A stretch of 64,000 nt of DNA from an uncultured Pseudomonadota bacterium (GTDB lineage: Bacteria > Pseudomonadota > Gammaproteobacteria > Methylococcales > Methylomonadaceae), in assembly GCA_903867225.1 (NCBI GenBank), contig CAIPQN010000042.1, positions 102,992 to 166,991 on the forward strand. The letters are read 5' to 3'. Positions 1 to 10,653 of the stretch are shown here, piece after piece. The notes beneath the pieces were generated by a model. That model saw only the letters and a list, made by a program, of their open reading frames with translations. It made no database searches and was not told where the DNA came from. How positions within the stretch are numbered: position 1 is the stretch's first letter; every line of letters begins with the position of its first letter. A program made the translations under genes and the position numbers.

Positions 1-1261
1 TAGCGGGATATTTTTCAATCGCTTTATCAATGCGCGGATCAGAACCAGGTTGATAGGCACCTACACTAATCAAATCTTTATTTTGTTGATAAAGTGAGTA
101 TAAACGTCGTAAATCTCGCGACAATTTCAAATGGTTGGCATCAGCAATGTCGGGCATTACACGACTTACAGAGGCTTCAATATCAATCGCGGGAAAATGC
201 CCCGATTCCGCTAAACTACGCGACAAAACAATATGCCCATCTAAAACGCCTCGTGCTGCATCGGCGATTGGATCATTGTTATCGTCACCTTCCGCCAAAA
301 CTGTATAAAAAGCTGTAATCGAACCTCCACCTTCATCAGCATTGCCTGCGCGTTCCACTAAATGGGGCAATTTCGCAAACACCGAAGGTGGATAACCTTT
401 CGTCGCTGGCGGCTCGTCAATCGCTAAAGCAATTTCACGATGCGCTTGTGCAAATCGTGTCAACGAATCCATTAACAATAAAACGTCTTTACCTTGATCA
501 CGAAAATACTCAGCAATACTCGTCGCTAACAATGCGCCGTGAACCCGCATTAAAGGTGGACAATCCGCTGGGCTGGCAACAATTACGGCACGTTTTAAAC
601 CTTCTTCGCCGAGAATTTTCAAAACAAATTCATTCACCTCACGACCACGTTCACCCACTAACGCGACAACAACAATATCTGCGTTAGTAAATTTAGTCAT
701 CATGCCAAGCAAAATACTTTTACCTACGCCAGTTCCTGCAAATAATCCCATTCGTTGACCGCGTCCAACCGCCAAAACCGAATTGATTGCCCGAACGCCG
801 ACATCTAATGGTTCACGAATTGGTTTGCGTGACAACGGATTGATTGGTGTACCCGTTAGCGATACTTGAGCTGTCGTTCTTAAAGGACCTTTGTCATCTA
901 AGGCGTTACCTGCACCATCTATCACACGCCCCAATAAACCAAAACCAACTTTTGCTAAACTATTTTTTCCCATTGGAATAACGCGGCAATCGGGTTCGAG
1001 TCCATGAACTTCGGATGTTGGCATTAAAAAAACTTTTGATCCCGAAAAACCAACCACTTCCGCTTCAATCATCCGTCCATTTTTGGTTTCAATTTCACAG
1101 CGCGAACCAATTGCAGCACGGCATCCAATCGCTTCTAATGTCAAACCTACCATGCGTGATAATTTGCCTTCAACGGTCAACTCGTGCGGCACATCAACGC
1201 GTTCGGTGTATGGTTTTAAACGTTCAAGCCAAACATCAGAACGATTCGCTTTTGGAATCAT
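1..1261 (-). CDS. fliI: Flagellar type III export ATPase FliI (3' part beyond window edge)
   Basis: Minus-strand frame is open from ATG at 1261 to the window edge, so it is absent from the ORF track. Own translation: MIPKANRSDVWLERLKPYTERVD...LGRVIDGAGNALDDKGPL...VGRGQRMGLFAGTGVGKSILLGMM (Walker A)...VVALVGERGREVNEF. ATGA overlap with the fliH stop; lies downstream of fliH. Confidence 0.93.
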   Translation of the reverse strand, partial: MIPKANRSDVWLERLKPYTERVDVPHELTVEGKLSRMVGLTLEAIGCRAAIGSRCEIETKNGRMIEAEVVGFSGSKVFLMPTSEVHGLEPDCRVIPMGKNSLAKVGFGLLGRVIDGAGNALDDKGPLRTTAQVSLTGTPINPLSRKPIREPLDVGVRAINSVLAVGRGQRMGLFAGTGVGKSILLGMMTKFTNADIVVVALVGERGREVNEFVLKILGEEGLKRAVIVASPADCPPLMRVHGALLATSIAEYFRDQGKDVLLLMDSLTRFAQAHREIALAIDEPPATKGYPPSVFAKLPHLVERAGNADEGGGSITAFYTVLAEGDDNNDPIADAARGVLDGHIVLSRSLAESGHFPAIDIEASVSRVMPDIADANHLKLSRDLRRLYSLYQQNKDLISVGAYQPGSDPRIDKAIEKYPA

Positions 1262-1971
1262 TTGTCGTCCTCTGGTACAAAATCTTCTCCAAACATCGTT
1301 TCTAATACCGCATTTAAACGATTTTCGACAGTCGCATCGACGTAAGAAATTTCAGTTTCGACTTTACAACCGCCACGCGTAATCGATGCGTCTTCAATAA
1401 TTGTCCATGCTGATGGTGATTCGCCTAAACCTAAATTGAAACTCACCAAATCGGCATCTTCGGGATTTAAATATAATTTCACGTTTTGCGATGCAATCGG
1501 CAATGCCGCTACCGCTGCTTTCACGGCAGCAGTTACTTGCCCAGAATCTAATTCAATTTCACGATGCAAAATTTGTTTCGCAATTTTGACCGATAAATCA
1601 GCTAATGCGTGTTCAACACTTTCATCTAAATGCTTAAATGGTGTCGCAAACGCCTCAAGCAAACTCACCAATTGCGTTGTCCGCACTTCGATAAGATGCA
1701 CATTTTCGTCATAACCTTTTTTAGAACCTTCTACAAAACCCGCTTGATAGCCTTCTTGTTTACCTAACGCAAAACCTTCGGATTGCGCTTGTTTTTGAAT
1801 AGCTTCAATTTCTTCAACCGTCAATGTTGGTGCTGGCGGTTCTGGCTCAACAATAATTTCTGGTTCAATAATTTCTTGTGGGCGATCGTCCTCATCAAAG
1901 TACGGAGTCGCCCACAAACGTAACGACTCTAATTCAGTTGCCGAAAAACGAGGGCGATTAGACGAGTTCAT
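1258..1971 (-). CDS. fliH: Flagellar assembly protein FliH
   Basis: Sits between fliG and fliI. Has the Glu/Ala-rich FliH-like central region (EEIEAIQKQAQSEGFALGKQEGYQAGFVEG). The ORF-track start at 1983 is a GTG; the in-frame ATG at 1971 (MNSSNRP..) is preferred. Confidence 0.85.
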   Translation of the reverse strand: MNSSNRPRFSATELESLRLWATPYFDEDDRPQEIIEPEIIVEPEPPAPTLTVEEIEAIQKQAQSEGFALGKQEGYQAGFVEGSKKGYDENVHLIEVRTTQLVSLLEAFATPFKHLDESVEHALADLSVKIAKQILHREIELDSGQVTAAVKAAVAALPIASQNVKLYLNPEDADLVSFNLGLGESPSAWTIIEDASITRGGCKVETEISYVDATVENRLNAVLETMFGEDFVPEDDK

Positions 1972-2962
1972 CACCACCACCACCTAAGCTAATTTCGCCT
2001 GATTCACCCAAACGTTTCGCAATAGATAAAATATCTTTTTGCGATTGTTCTACGTCGCTTAATTTCGCAGGTGGTGATGCTTCCAAATCGTCACGCAACA
2101 TTTCAGCCGCACGTTTCGACATATTGGCAAAGATTTTTTCTTTAAGCGCAGGATCTACACCACGCAACGCTAAGAGTAAGTTACCTGTTGCCACTTCGCG
2201 CAAGAGTGTTTGCATACCACGATCATCAATGTTGATAAGATCTTCAAAGGTGAACATTTTTTCTTGAATTTCTTGTGCCAATTCAGCACGTTGTTCAGTA
2301 ATTTCATTCATTACCAATTCAGTCGCGCCCGTATCCATGAAGTTCAAGATACTCGCTACCGTATCGACACCACCTAAGTTGGTAGATTTGGCATTGTCCG
2401 AACCTGTCAATTGTTTCTCCATAATCATGTCTAATTCGCGCAATGCTTGTGGTTGAATACCTTGCATCGTTGCAATACGCATCATCAAATCAGCTCGCAT
2501 CGCTTCGGTGAAGAACATCACAACTTCAGCAGCTTGTTCAGGATCCATGAGCGACAATAAAGTCGAAATAATTTGTGGATGCTCTGCGCGAATCATATCG
2601 GCAATCGAACGAGAATCGAGCCATTTAAGCTGCTCAATCCCTTTCGAGCTTCCACCTTGAAAGATTCGATCCAAAATGCTGTTCGCTTTTTCAGAACCCA
2701 AGGCATTGACCAACACTGTGCGAATATAATCATCAGAATTCATACCCAAAGCCGTTTGTGATTTCACGTCTTTAATAAATTCTTCCAATATCTCTTCAAT
2801 CAAAGCTACGTTTATGTCCCCCACATTTGCCATCGACGCGCAGACTGACTGCACTTCGCGAGGGTTCATTTGCTTCAAAACAAAAGCAGCTTTATCCATT
2901 CCGACCGAAAGCAATAAAACAGCGGCTTTTTCGGAGTTACGCATTAAGACACTATCAGACAT
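1958..2962 (-). CDS. fliG: Flagellar motor switch protein FliG
   Basis: 334 aa with typical FliG sequence (EKAAVLLLSVG..., MFTFEDL, EVATGNLLLALRG, ...AAEMLRDDLE). 8-bp overlap with the fliF stop. Confidence 0.95.
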   Translation of the reverse strand: MSDSVLMRNSEKAAVLLLSVGMDKAAFVLKQMNPREVQSVCASMANVGDINVALIEEILEEFIKDVKSQTALGMNSDDYIRTVLVNALGSEKANSILDRIFQGGSSKGIEQLKWLDSRSIADMIRAEHPQIISTLLSLMDPEQAAEVVMFFTEAMRADLMMRIATMQGIQPQALRELDMIMEKQLTGSDNAKSTNLGGVDTVASILNFMDTGATELVMNEITEQRAELAQEIQEKMFTFEDLINIDDRGMQTLLREVATGNLLLALRGVDPALKEKIFANMSKRAAEMLRDDLEASPPAKLSDVEQSQKDILSIAKRLGESGEISLGGGGDELV

Positions 2963-4724
2963 CTTTTCTAATCCATGATTTTAGTACTTGGGCAACGACT
3001 TTTGGATCTTCATCAACCAAACGTTTCACATAATCCAAACGATTTTGATACGATTTTGGTAATTCCAACGATTCCAATAAATCATCGATTTTATGTTGCT
3101 CATCTTCAGTGAGTGACAACGGTGTGCCGTCATTATCAAGAATAAATCCAGCAGCCAATAATGCCGCAGCACGCGCTTTTTCTTCTGCTTCAGCAATGGC
3201 ACGTTTTTCGTCTTCATCTTTCGCAATTAAAGCACGAATCGTCGGACGTAACACACCAAAGATGATGAACAATATAGCCAATACAGCTGCTGCTTGTTTC
3301 ACTAACTCAATAAACCAAACTTCTTTCCATAATGGTAATTCAGGCGGTAAATCTAAATCTGCACCTCTGAAACTAACATTCGTCACAGTTACCGCATCAC
3401 CACGACCGCTATCAAAACCAACCGCTTGTTTCACTAAATCATTAAAGCGATTTAAATCTTCTTGTGCATAAGGTTGTAATTTTGACGAACCATCGGTTTG
3501 TGCAATATGTCTGTCATCAACCACTACTGCAACGGATAAACGACGTAATAAACCTGACGCTAATCGTGTATGCGTAATAGTTTTATCCAATTCATAATTT
3601 CGGGTGGCTGTTTTTGACGCATAACCCTGTTTACCAGTAGCATCAGCAGCAATCGAATTAGGTTGAGCAGGTGGAATAGCTTCAATCGCTGTTCCCGCAG
3701 GTGTTGGTTGATTTGTCAATGCACCAGGAACGCCTTGAGGATTTTCTTTATTTTGCTCATCAGTCGTTTGCTCACTGCGTAAGGCAGGCAAATCAGGATT
3801 AAACATTTCCTGTGTTTTATCGGTTTCGGTGAAATCTACATCTGCCGATATTTGCACACGCATTGATTCTGCGCCAACTAATGGCGACATGATATTTTCA
3901 ATCCGTCGCATCAAATGTTCTTCGATGCCTGTTTTAAATTCAAACTGACTCGCTGTCAAATTTTCGGCAGCACTTGCACGCGAATTTAACATTTGCCCTT
4001 TATAATCAACCACCGTAACGTGATCAGCATCCAGTTGCGGCACACTGGAGGATACTAAATGAACAATCGCTTCGACTTGTCCTTTGTCCAACGTCCGACC
4101 TTGATATAAATGAACAATAACAGACGCACTTGGTTTTTTGCGTTCGCGCACAAACACGGATTGAACTGGCAATGCCAATAAAACACGCGCATTTTTCACG
4201 CTTTGAATTGACATAATCGTGCGAGAAATTTCGCCTTCCAATGCACGTTGATGACGTGATAATTCGGCGGTTTTACTTGTGCCAAAACTTTGCTCTTTAT
4301 CGAGTAATTCATAACCAAGACTATTACTTTTTGGTAAGCCTTGAGCAGCGAGTTTGATTTTTAAATCATTCACTTTGTCGGCTAATACCATAATGCTACC
4401 ACCTTCTTCGATTTTGTATTTCACGCCTTGAGCGTTCAATGAATCGAGAATTTCAGCCGTATCTTTGTCATTTAATTCGGTATAAAGCCGAGCGTAATTG
4501 GCATCTTGCGACCATAAAACAACCGCAATACCAATTGCCACACTTAGGGCTAAACCCAACATAATAGCGACTTGTCGCGCCATTGTTAGCTTGGCAAGTC
4601 CACGAATTGCAGGATGACCTTCGATATTCAAACCAGATATAAATCCTTCTGAACCTGTGCCACCTGCTGTTATGTCCGCGCCACCCGTAGCTGAGAGCGG
4701 ATTTGTACTATTTTGATCACTCAT
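2955..4724 (-). CDS. fliF: Flagellar MS-ring protein FliF
   Basis: 589 aa. N-terminal TM segment, YscJ/FliF-like core (LYTELNDKDTAEILDSLNAQGVKYKIEEGGSIMV), second TM near the C-terminus. Located between fliE and fliG. Confidence 0.95.
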   Translation of the reverse strand: MSDQNSTNPLSATGGADITAGGTGSEGFISGLNIEGHPAIRGLAKLTMARQVAIMLGLALSVAIGIAVVLWSQDANYARLYTELNDKDTAEILDSLNAQGVKYKIEEGGSIMVLADKVNDLKIKLAAQGLPKSNSLGYELLDKEQSFGTSKTAELSRHQRALEGEISRTIMSIQSVKNARVLLALPVQSVFVRERKKPSASVIVHLYQGRTLDKGQVEAIVHLVSSSVPQLDADHVTVVDYKGQMLNSRASAAENLTASQFEFKTGIEEHLMRRIENIMSPLVGAESMRVQISADVDFTETDKTQEMFNPDLPALRSEQTTDEQNKENPQGVPGALTNQPTPAGTAIEAIPPAQPNSIAADATGKQGYASKTATRNYELDKTITHTRLASGLLRRLSVAVVVDDRHIAQTDGSSKLQPYAQEDLNRFNDLVKQAVGFDSGRGDAVTVTNVSFRGADLDLPPELPLWKEVWFIELVKQAAAVLAILFIIFGVLRPTIRALIAKDEDEKRAIAEAEEKARAAALLAAGFILDNDGTPLSLTEDEQHKIDDLLESLELPKSYQNRLDYVKRLVDEDPKVVAQVLKSWIRKDV

Positions 4725-4747
4725 TGTCTAATCACAGTGGGTTGGAA

Positions 4748-5062
4748 TTACATGGGCATGTTCATAACATCTTTATAGGCTTCAACTAATTTGTTTCTGA
4801 CCTGTAACATGGCTTTAAATGAAACGTCGGCTTTTTGTGATGCCACCATCGCTTCGGCAAGATTTACGTTTTTATCGCCAGCTTGGAAAGCTGCTTTCAT
4901 TTGTCCCGATATTTGCTGTTTTTCATTAACATTATCGATGGCTTGCTTTAACAACGAACCAAAATCCATGCCTTCATTAGGTACTTCTGGAACTTTACTG
5001 CCAGCAGCAACTGATAAATTACGAATTTGCTCTAAGGCGGGAGCGATGCGGATGTCATTCAT
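4748..5062 (-). CDS. fliE: Flagellar hook-basal body complex protein FliE
   Basis: 104 aa with FliE-like C-terminus (AMVASQKADVSFKAMLQVRNKLVEAYKDVMNMPM). First gene of the fliEFGHI run. Confidence 0.9.
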   Translation of the reverse strand: MNDIRIAPALEQIRNLSVAAGSKVPEVPNEGMDFGSLLKQAIDNVNEKQQISGQMKAAFQAGDKNVNLAEAMVASQKADVSFKAMLQVRNKLVEAYKDVMNMPM

Positions 5063-5108
5063 TTCATTCTCTATAAATCAAGGGCGTATTAGTATTGATG
5101 TTATCAAA

Positions 5109-5123
5109 GCACAATTGATGCCA
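5109..5123 (-). promoter_or_regulatory. Candidate sigma-54 (-24/-12) promoter of fliE operon: TGGCATcaattgTGCT
   Basis: Minus-strand reading ccTTGGCATCAATTGTGCTtt. GG-N10-GC spacing is exact. Lies about 47 nt upstream of the fliE ATG and has the same shape as the motifs before flgB, flgA and flgG. Confidence 0.5.
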
Positions 5124-5167
5124 AGGAATAATGATTTAATCGTCAAAAATTCGGCATAAAAATCAAT

Positions 5168-6697
5168 TTATCGTTGCAAATCAAATTTACGCAATTTTTC
5201 AACTAAAGTCGTGCGACGCATATTTAACCGTTTCGCCGCGTGTGCCACTACACCGTTGCACTCGTCTAAGGCTTGCCGAATCAAATCCAATTCCATTGTG
5301 TTTAGATATTCTTTTAAATCTATGCCTTCTTCAGGCAATTGTGTCAGTATTTCGGGGACGTATTCGTGATGGCGCATCAAATCGTGCATTTCAGATGTTG
5401 TCGTTCCCGACAGGTTTTCGACAATCTGCGGACGAACTTTAATTTCATATTCAGAAACTTCGTCTTCTAAAAATAGATCGTCGATATTTATATTATCAAC
5501 GCGATGCTGTTTAAATTTTTCTGGTAAATCATCCACATCGACTTGCGATTTTGGATAAATAATCGCCAATCGTTCAATCAAATTCGCCAATTCACGCACG
5601 TTTCCAGGCCATTCATAGTGCATCAACGTCGCTAAGGCATTCGGTGTTAATTTTACAAATCCACGATTTCCTTGCACCATTCGTGTAATTAAATCTTCAA
5701 TTAACACAGGAATATCGTCAGTGCGATGCTTTAACGGCGGCATTTCAATTGGAAAAACATTTAATCGATAAAACAAATCTTCTCGAAATCGATTATTCTG
5801 AATTTCTTCTTCTAAGTGTCGATGTGTCGCAGCAATGACACGCACGTCGCAATGTAATGTTTTATTGCCACCAACACGTTCAAATGTCCGTTCTTGCAAC
5901 ACGCGCAATAATTTAACCTGCATCGATAATGGCATATCACCAATTTCATCTAAAAATAACGTGCCACCTTCTGCCATTTCAAAACGACCTTGGCGAGCGT
6001 TTAATGCACCTGTGAACGCACCTTTTTCATGTCCGAACAGTTCGCTTTCCAATAATTCAGCGGGAATTGCACCACAATTAATTGGCACAAACGGTTTTCC
6101 ACTGCGTAACGACGCATCATGAAGCGCGTTAGCAACCACTTCTTTTCCCGTACCAGATTCGCCGAGAATTAAAACTGTCGCCTCTGATTCAGCCACTTGA
6201 GCAATCATTTTGCGAATATGTACCATTGACGCGCTATTTCCTTTCAGTCTAGTAGCAACTAAAGAGAGCGTTTCAGTATTTTCAGGGGATTCTAAAATCA
6301 ATTTTTGAGGTTCTGTTACGAAATTAGTTGATGTGACGGGGGTACGATTAATGGCGATTTTGGTAAGTAACGGACTTAACTTTGCGTGCTGTAATGGACT
6401 AGATAAAACGTGAAAAAGTTTTTCGTGGACTTGTTCTACTGCAATTTCATCATTACTTTCAGCAAGAAAAATAACGGGAATTCGCGCCATTCCCACAATT
6501 TCATTGATAACTATAAATTGCCTACGAATTCCTTCACCGATAAAAATACTACTTACACGATTAATTTCGTGTAGATAATCAGCATAATTTTCTGAGCCAA
6601 TCGTTTTTACTTCATAACCCATAAATTGAAAAATAATTTCAAACTGTTGGATGCGTGACTGATTATCATCAATTAACAAAATAGGAGGTAACGCCAT
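5168..6697 (-). CDS. fleQ: Sigma-54-dependent flagellar master regulator, FleQ/FlrA type (degenerate receiver + AAA+ + HTH)
   Basis: GESGTGKE Walker A, GAFTGA sigma-54 contact motif, C-terminal HTH (AAKRLNMRRTTLVEKLRKF). N-terminus ILLIDDNQSRIQQFEIIFQFMGYEV resembles the FleQ domain, and no Asp is visible at the usual phospho-acceptor position (..SSIFIGEG..). The ORF-track start 6715 is a TTG; ATG at 6697 (MALPPILL) is preferred. Confidence 0.85.
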   Translation of the reverse strand: MALPPILLIDDNQSRIQQFEIIFQFMGYEVKTIGSENYADYLHEINRVSSIFIGEGIRRQFIVINEIVGMARIPVIFLAESNDEIAVEQVHEKLFHVLSSPLQHAKLSPLLTKIAINRTPVTSTNFVTEPQKLILESPENTETLSLVATRLKGNSASMVHIRKMIAQVAESEATVLILGESGTGKEVVANALHDASLRSGKPFVPINCGAIPAELLESELFGHEKGAFTGALNARQGRFEMAEGGTLFLDEIGDMPLSMQVKLLRVLQERTFERVGGNKTLHCDVRVIAATHRHLEEEIQNNRFREDLFYRLNVFPIEMPPLKHRTDDIPVLIEDLITRMVQGNRGFVKLTPNALATLMHYEWPGNVRELANLIERLAIIYPKSQVDVDDLPEKFKQHRVDNINIDDLFLEDEVSEYEIKVRPQIVENLSGTTTSEMHDLMRHHEYVPEILTQLPEEGIDLKEYLNTMELDLIRQALDECNGVVAHAAKRLNMRRTTLVEKLRKFDLQR

Positions 6698-6977
6698 ACT
6701 TTTCACTCGTTTCAATTTAAAGGATTTATGGATTTTTTATAAGGTACCAGCAGTAACGAAAAAGGGAACTATTCGCTAGGTAATCATTTTAGAAAAGCTG
6801 ATTCTATCAAAAGTAAAAATCAAAATATGTTTCATTTCATGCCATTATTGCATTTTGCTAATGTAATTTGAACCCTAAAAAATAAAATTGTGTCAATTTT
6901 TAGGCTTGACAAAAATTTGCCACGGTAGAAACTAGACAGGTTATTAACAACCCAAGAGAGAGTTTTCATTGAACGAT

Positions 6978-8225
6978 ATGCCTTTAAGTGTGCTATTTGG
7001 CATACTTGCATTGATGTTAGTTTTATCCGCTTTTTTTTCTGGTTCTGAAACATCTTTAATGACACTAAATCGTTACCGATTACGGCATTTGGTCAAATTA
7101 AAGCATTCTGGCGCAATCAAAGCGCAACGATTATTACAACGTCCTGATCGTGTGTTGGGGCTGATTTTGTTATGCAATAATTTCGTCAATAATTTCGCTT
7201 CGTCCATTGCAACCGTGATTGCAATAAAACTTTACGCTGACGAAGAATCAAGCGTAGCAATCGCCGCTGCATTGCTAACATTAGTAATGCTAATTTTTTC
7301 AGAAGTAACACCGAAAACACTCGCTACGATTAAACCCGAATTGCTCGCTTTTCCTGCTGCGTGGATTTATACGGGGCTATTAAAAATACTTTATCCACTG
7401 GTTTGGTTGGTTAATTCACTTGCACATCATTTGTTGCATTTACTAGGCGTGGATACGACGAAAACGAACGATAATGCACTCAATAAAGATGAACTTAAAA
7501 GTATCATTTCTGAAGCCGAAAGTGTTATGCCTATTCGTTATCAAAAAATGTTGTTAGGTATTCTTGATTTAGAATCCGCGACAGTTGAAGACATTATGAC
7601 CCCGCGCAATGAAATTGTCGGAATCGACTTAGAATTACCCATCGAAACCATCATCAATCAAATCAAACACAGTTCACACACACGCTTGCCTGTTTATAAA
7701 AAAAATATTGATCGTGTGATTGGTTTTTTGCATTTGCGAAAAGTATTGATTGAAATTCATCATGAAGATTTTGATAAACAAACCATTATTAGTTTATTGA
7801 GCAAACCAACATTTATTCCTGAAAGTACGCCTGTTCACACACAAATGGGACGCTTCAAAAGTGAACGTATTCGGATCGGTTTAGTGGTTGATGAATATGG
7901 TGACGTACAAGGATTGGTGACATTTGATGATTTATTACAAGAGATTGTGGGTGAATTGATTTCCGACGAAGACGATGCCGTACACATACAAGGTGACGGT
8001 AGTTATTTAGTTGATGCAGGTGTTACCGTGCGCGAATTAAATCGCGTAACGCAATGGTCGCTACCAACCGAAGGTCCTAAAACATTAAATGGTTTGATTT
8101 TAGAGTTTATGGAAACAATTCCTAACACTGGTACAAGTATTCGTTTACATGGTTATGCGCTGGAGATTTTGGAGCGCGATGAAAATTCTGTGAAATTAGT
8201 CCAATTTTTACCTCATAAACAATAA
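6978..8225 (+). CDS. HlyC/CorC-family transporter (DUF21 membrane domain + CBS pair + CorC_HlyC C-terminal domain)
   Basis: Four N-terminal hydrophobic segments, CBS-like region (VEDIMTPRNEIVGIDL..., HTRLPVY), and a C-terminal transporter-associated domain (GLVVDEYGDVQGLVTFDDLLQEIVGE). The track start 6969 is a TTG; ATG at 6978 is used. Confidence 0.85.
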   Translation: MPLSVLFGILALMLVLSAFFSGSETSLMTLNRYRLRHLVKLKHSGAIKAQRLLQRPDRVLGLILLCNNFVNNFASSIATVIAIKLYADEESSVAIAAALLTLVMLIFSEVTPKTLATIKPELLAFPAAWIYTGLLKILYPLVWLVNSLAHHLLHLLGVDTTKTNDNALNKDELKSIISEAESVMPIRYQKMLLGILDLESATVEDIMTPRNEIVGIDLELPIETIINQIKHSSHTRLPVYKKNIDRVIGFLHLRKVLIEIHHEDFDKQTIISLLSKPTFIPESTPVHTQMGRFKSERIRIGLVVDEYGDVQGLVTFDDLLQEIVGELISDEDDAVHIQGDGSYLVDAGVTVRELNRVTQWSLPTEGPKTLNGLILEFMETIPNTGTSIRLHGYALEILERDENSVKLVQFLPHKQ

Positions 8226-8349
8226 AAAATAGAGGTGCTAAATCCCTATTGATTCAAAATTAACGGTTTTTTATCATTTAGTGACGTTTTTAGGTTAAAA
8301 TGCCGCCCTTTCAAACCCCATTTTTCCACCATTTAGAGTAAGTAATCAC

Positions 8350-10446
8350 ATGACAGATTTATCGCTTTACAGAAATATCGGTATTTTCGCCCACGTTGAC
8401 GCGGGCAAAACGACAACGACCGAACGTATTTTGAAATTAACAGGCAAAATTCACAAAATTGGCGAAGTACATGACGGCGCAGCGACGACCGATTTCATGG
8501 AACAAGAACAAGAACGCGGAATTACCATTCAATCAGCGGCGACAACGTGTTTCTGGAAAGATCACCGTTTCAACATTATCGACACACCAGGTCACGTTGA
8601 TTTCACGATTGAAGTATACCGTTCATTAAAAGTTTTAGACGGCGGTGTCGGCGTATTCTGTGGTTCAGGGGGCGTTGAACCGCAATCAGAAACTAACTGG
8701 CGTTATGCCAACGATTCAAAAGTTTCACGAATCATTTATGTGAATAAATTAGATCGTATTGGCGCAGATTTTTACCGCGTTGTGAAACAAGTTGAAGATG
8801 TTTTAGCGGCAAAACCTGTCATTATGACTTTGCCAATCGGCGAAGAAGACAAATTCTCAGGTGTGATTGATTTGTTGACCATGAAAGCCTGGAACTGGGA
8901 TGAATCAGGCGATCCGTTGAAATACACAATCGACGAAATTCCTGCTGATATGCAAGCTAAAGCAGAAGAATATCGCGTTAAATTGATTGAAGATGTTATC
9001 GATCAAGACGATGTAATTTATGAAAAATACTTAGAAGACGAAATTGCACCAAGCATTGAAGACCTTAAACGCTGCCTCCGTAAAGGCACCATCAAAATGG
9101 ATTTCTTCCCGACTTTCTGCGGTTCATCATTCAAAAACAAAGGTGTTCAATTAGTTTTAGACGGCGTTATCGATTATTTACCTTGCCCAACCGAAGTAAA
9201 TCCACAACCAGAAGTGGATTTAGACGGCAACGCAACAGGTAAATTTGCAATCGTAACCGCTGATGCGCCTTTGCGTTCATTAGCGTTCAAAATTATGGAT
9301 GACCGTTTTGGCGCGTTGACGTTCTTGCGTATTTACTCTGGTAAATTAGAAAAAGGCACAGCGGTTTTAAATACGTTCACGGGTAAAACCGAACGCATTG
9401 GTCGTATTGTTGAAATGCACGCTGACACGCGTATCGAATTAGAATCAGCGCAAGCGGGCGACATCGTTGCGGTTTTGGGTATGAAAAACGTGCAAACAGG
9501 TCACACATTGTGCGATCCAAAATTCCCAGCGACATTAGAACCAATGGTTTTCCCTGATCCAGTTATTTCGCTCGCTATTTCGCCAAAAGACAAAGCCGCT
9601 TCTGAAAAAATGGGCGTTGCATTAGGCAAAATGATTCAAGAAGATCCGTCTTTCCACGTTGAAACCGACGAAGACAGCGGCGAAACAATTTTGAAAGGCA
9701 TGGGTGAATTACACTTAGATATTAAAGTGGACATTTTGCGTCGTACACACGGCGTTGACGTAATCGTTGGTAAACCACAAGTTGCATATCGTGAAACGAT
9801 TACCCGAGAAGTGGAAGACGAATACACCCACAAAAAACAATCAGGTGGTTCTGGTCAATACGGCAAAATCAACTATATCATCACTCCAGGTGAACCAGGT
9901 TCAGGTTTCGTCTTTGAATCAACGGTTACAGGTGGTAACGTTCCACGCGAATACTGGCCTGCTGTTGAAAAAGGTTTTAAATCAATGTTGGACAAAGGCG
10001 TTTTGGCTGGCTTCCCTTGTTTAGATTTCAAAGTGAATTTAACTGACGGTGGATTCCATGCGGTGGATTCATCAGCAATTGCGTTTGAAATTGCTGCAAA
10101 AGCGGCGTTCCGCCAAACCATGCCAAAAGCGGGTCCACAATTGATTGAACCAATCATGGCAGTTGATACGTTCACGCCGTCTGATCATGTTGGTGACGTA
10201 ATCGGGGATTTAAACCGTCGTCGGGGTATGATTAAATCACAAGATGCGGGTCCAACAGGCGTTCGTATTAAATCAGAAGTGCCTTTGAGCGAAATGTTCG
10301 GTTACATCGGTGATTTGCGTACCATGACATCTGGTCGTGGTCAGTTCTCGATGGAATTTTCGCATTATTTACCTTGCCCTAAAAACGTTTCTGAAGAAGT
10401 CATCAAAGAAGTCACAGAACGCAATAAAGCAAAAGAGAAAAAATAG
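8350..10446 (+). CDS. fusA: Elongation factor G paralog (stand-alone, outside an rpsL-rpsG-fusA-tuf context)
   Basis: 698 aa. G1 [28 protein letters not shown], and EF-G domains IV/V (HAVDSS..., [10 protein letters not shown]). Confidence 0.95.
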   Translation: MTDLSLYRNIGIFAHVDAGKTTTTERILKLTGKIHKIGEVHDGAATTDFMEQEQERGITIQSAATTCFWKDHRFNIIDTPGHVDFTIEVYRSLKVLDGGVGVFCGSGGVEPQSETNWRYANDSKVSRIIYVNKLDRIGADFYRVVKQVEDVLAAKPVIMTLPIGEEDKFSGVIDLLTMKAWNWDESGDPLKYTIDEIPADMQAKAEEYRVKLIEDVIDQDDVIYEKYLEDEIAPSIEDLKRCLRKGTIKMDFFPTFCGSSFKNKGVQLVLDGVIDYLPCPTEVNPQPEVDLDGNATGKFAIVTADAPLRSLAFKIMDDRFGALTFLRIYSGKLEKGTAVLNTFTGKTERIGRIVEMHADTRIELESAQAGDIVAVLGMKNVQTGHTLCDPKFPATLEPMVFPDPVISLAISPKDKAASEKMGVALGKMIQEDPSFHVETDEDSGETILKGMGELHLDIKVDILRRTHGVDVIVGKPQVAYRETITREVEDEYTHKKQSGGSGQYGKINYIITPGEPGSGFVFESTVTGGNVPREYWPAVEKGFKSMLDKGVLAGFPCLDFKVNLTDGGFHAVDSSAIAFEIAAKAAFRQTMPKAGPQLIEPIMAVDTFTPSDHVGDVIGDLNRRRGMIKSQDAGPTGVRIKSEVPLSEMFGYIGDLRTMTSGRGQFSMEFSHYLPCPKNVSEEVIKEVTERNKAKEKK

Positions 10447-10466
10447 TTTCTTGATGGCTCGAAAAG

Positions 10467-10499
10467 GCGCAAGTCGCAGAAATGCAGCTTGCGCTTTTT
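10467..10499 (+). terminator. Rho-independent terminator after EF-G gene
   Basis: GCGCAAGTCGCAgaaaTGCAGCTTGCGC stem followed by TTTTT, about 20 nt after the stop codon. Confidence 0.6.
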
Positions 10500-10507
10500 G
10501 ATTGTGC

Positions 10508-10544
10508 AAAAAGAAAAACCGCCTGATAATTGCTCATCAGACGG
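10508..10544 (-). terminator. Rho-independent terminator ending the long flg-che minus-strand gene run
   Basis: Minus strand reads CCGTCTGATGagcaattATCAGGCGG followed by TTTTTCTTTTT. Confidence 0.6.
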
Positions 10545-10653
10545 TCTTTCCCCACTTTCTTAACACAAAACAACACACTTTTTTACAAACAACTTTACTT
10601 CTTACAACAACCAAACAACACACTTTTTATAACATAAATAATAATTTTTTAAA

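Noticed and set aside
94-1382. Plus-strand ORFs 94..318, 388..687, 1015..1305 and 1083..1382
   Set aside because: They lie antisense to a clear FliI coding frame (Walker A, full-length similarity by eye). They have no RBS or recognisable motifs.
6832-7065. 77-aa minus-strand ORF in the fleQ / corC-like divergent region
   Set aside because: It overlaps the start of the CorC-family gene and AT-rich promoter DNA. No motif or RBS.
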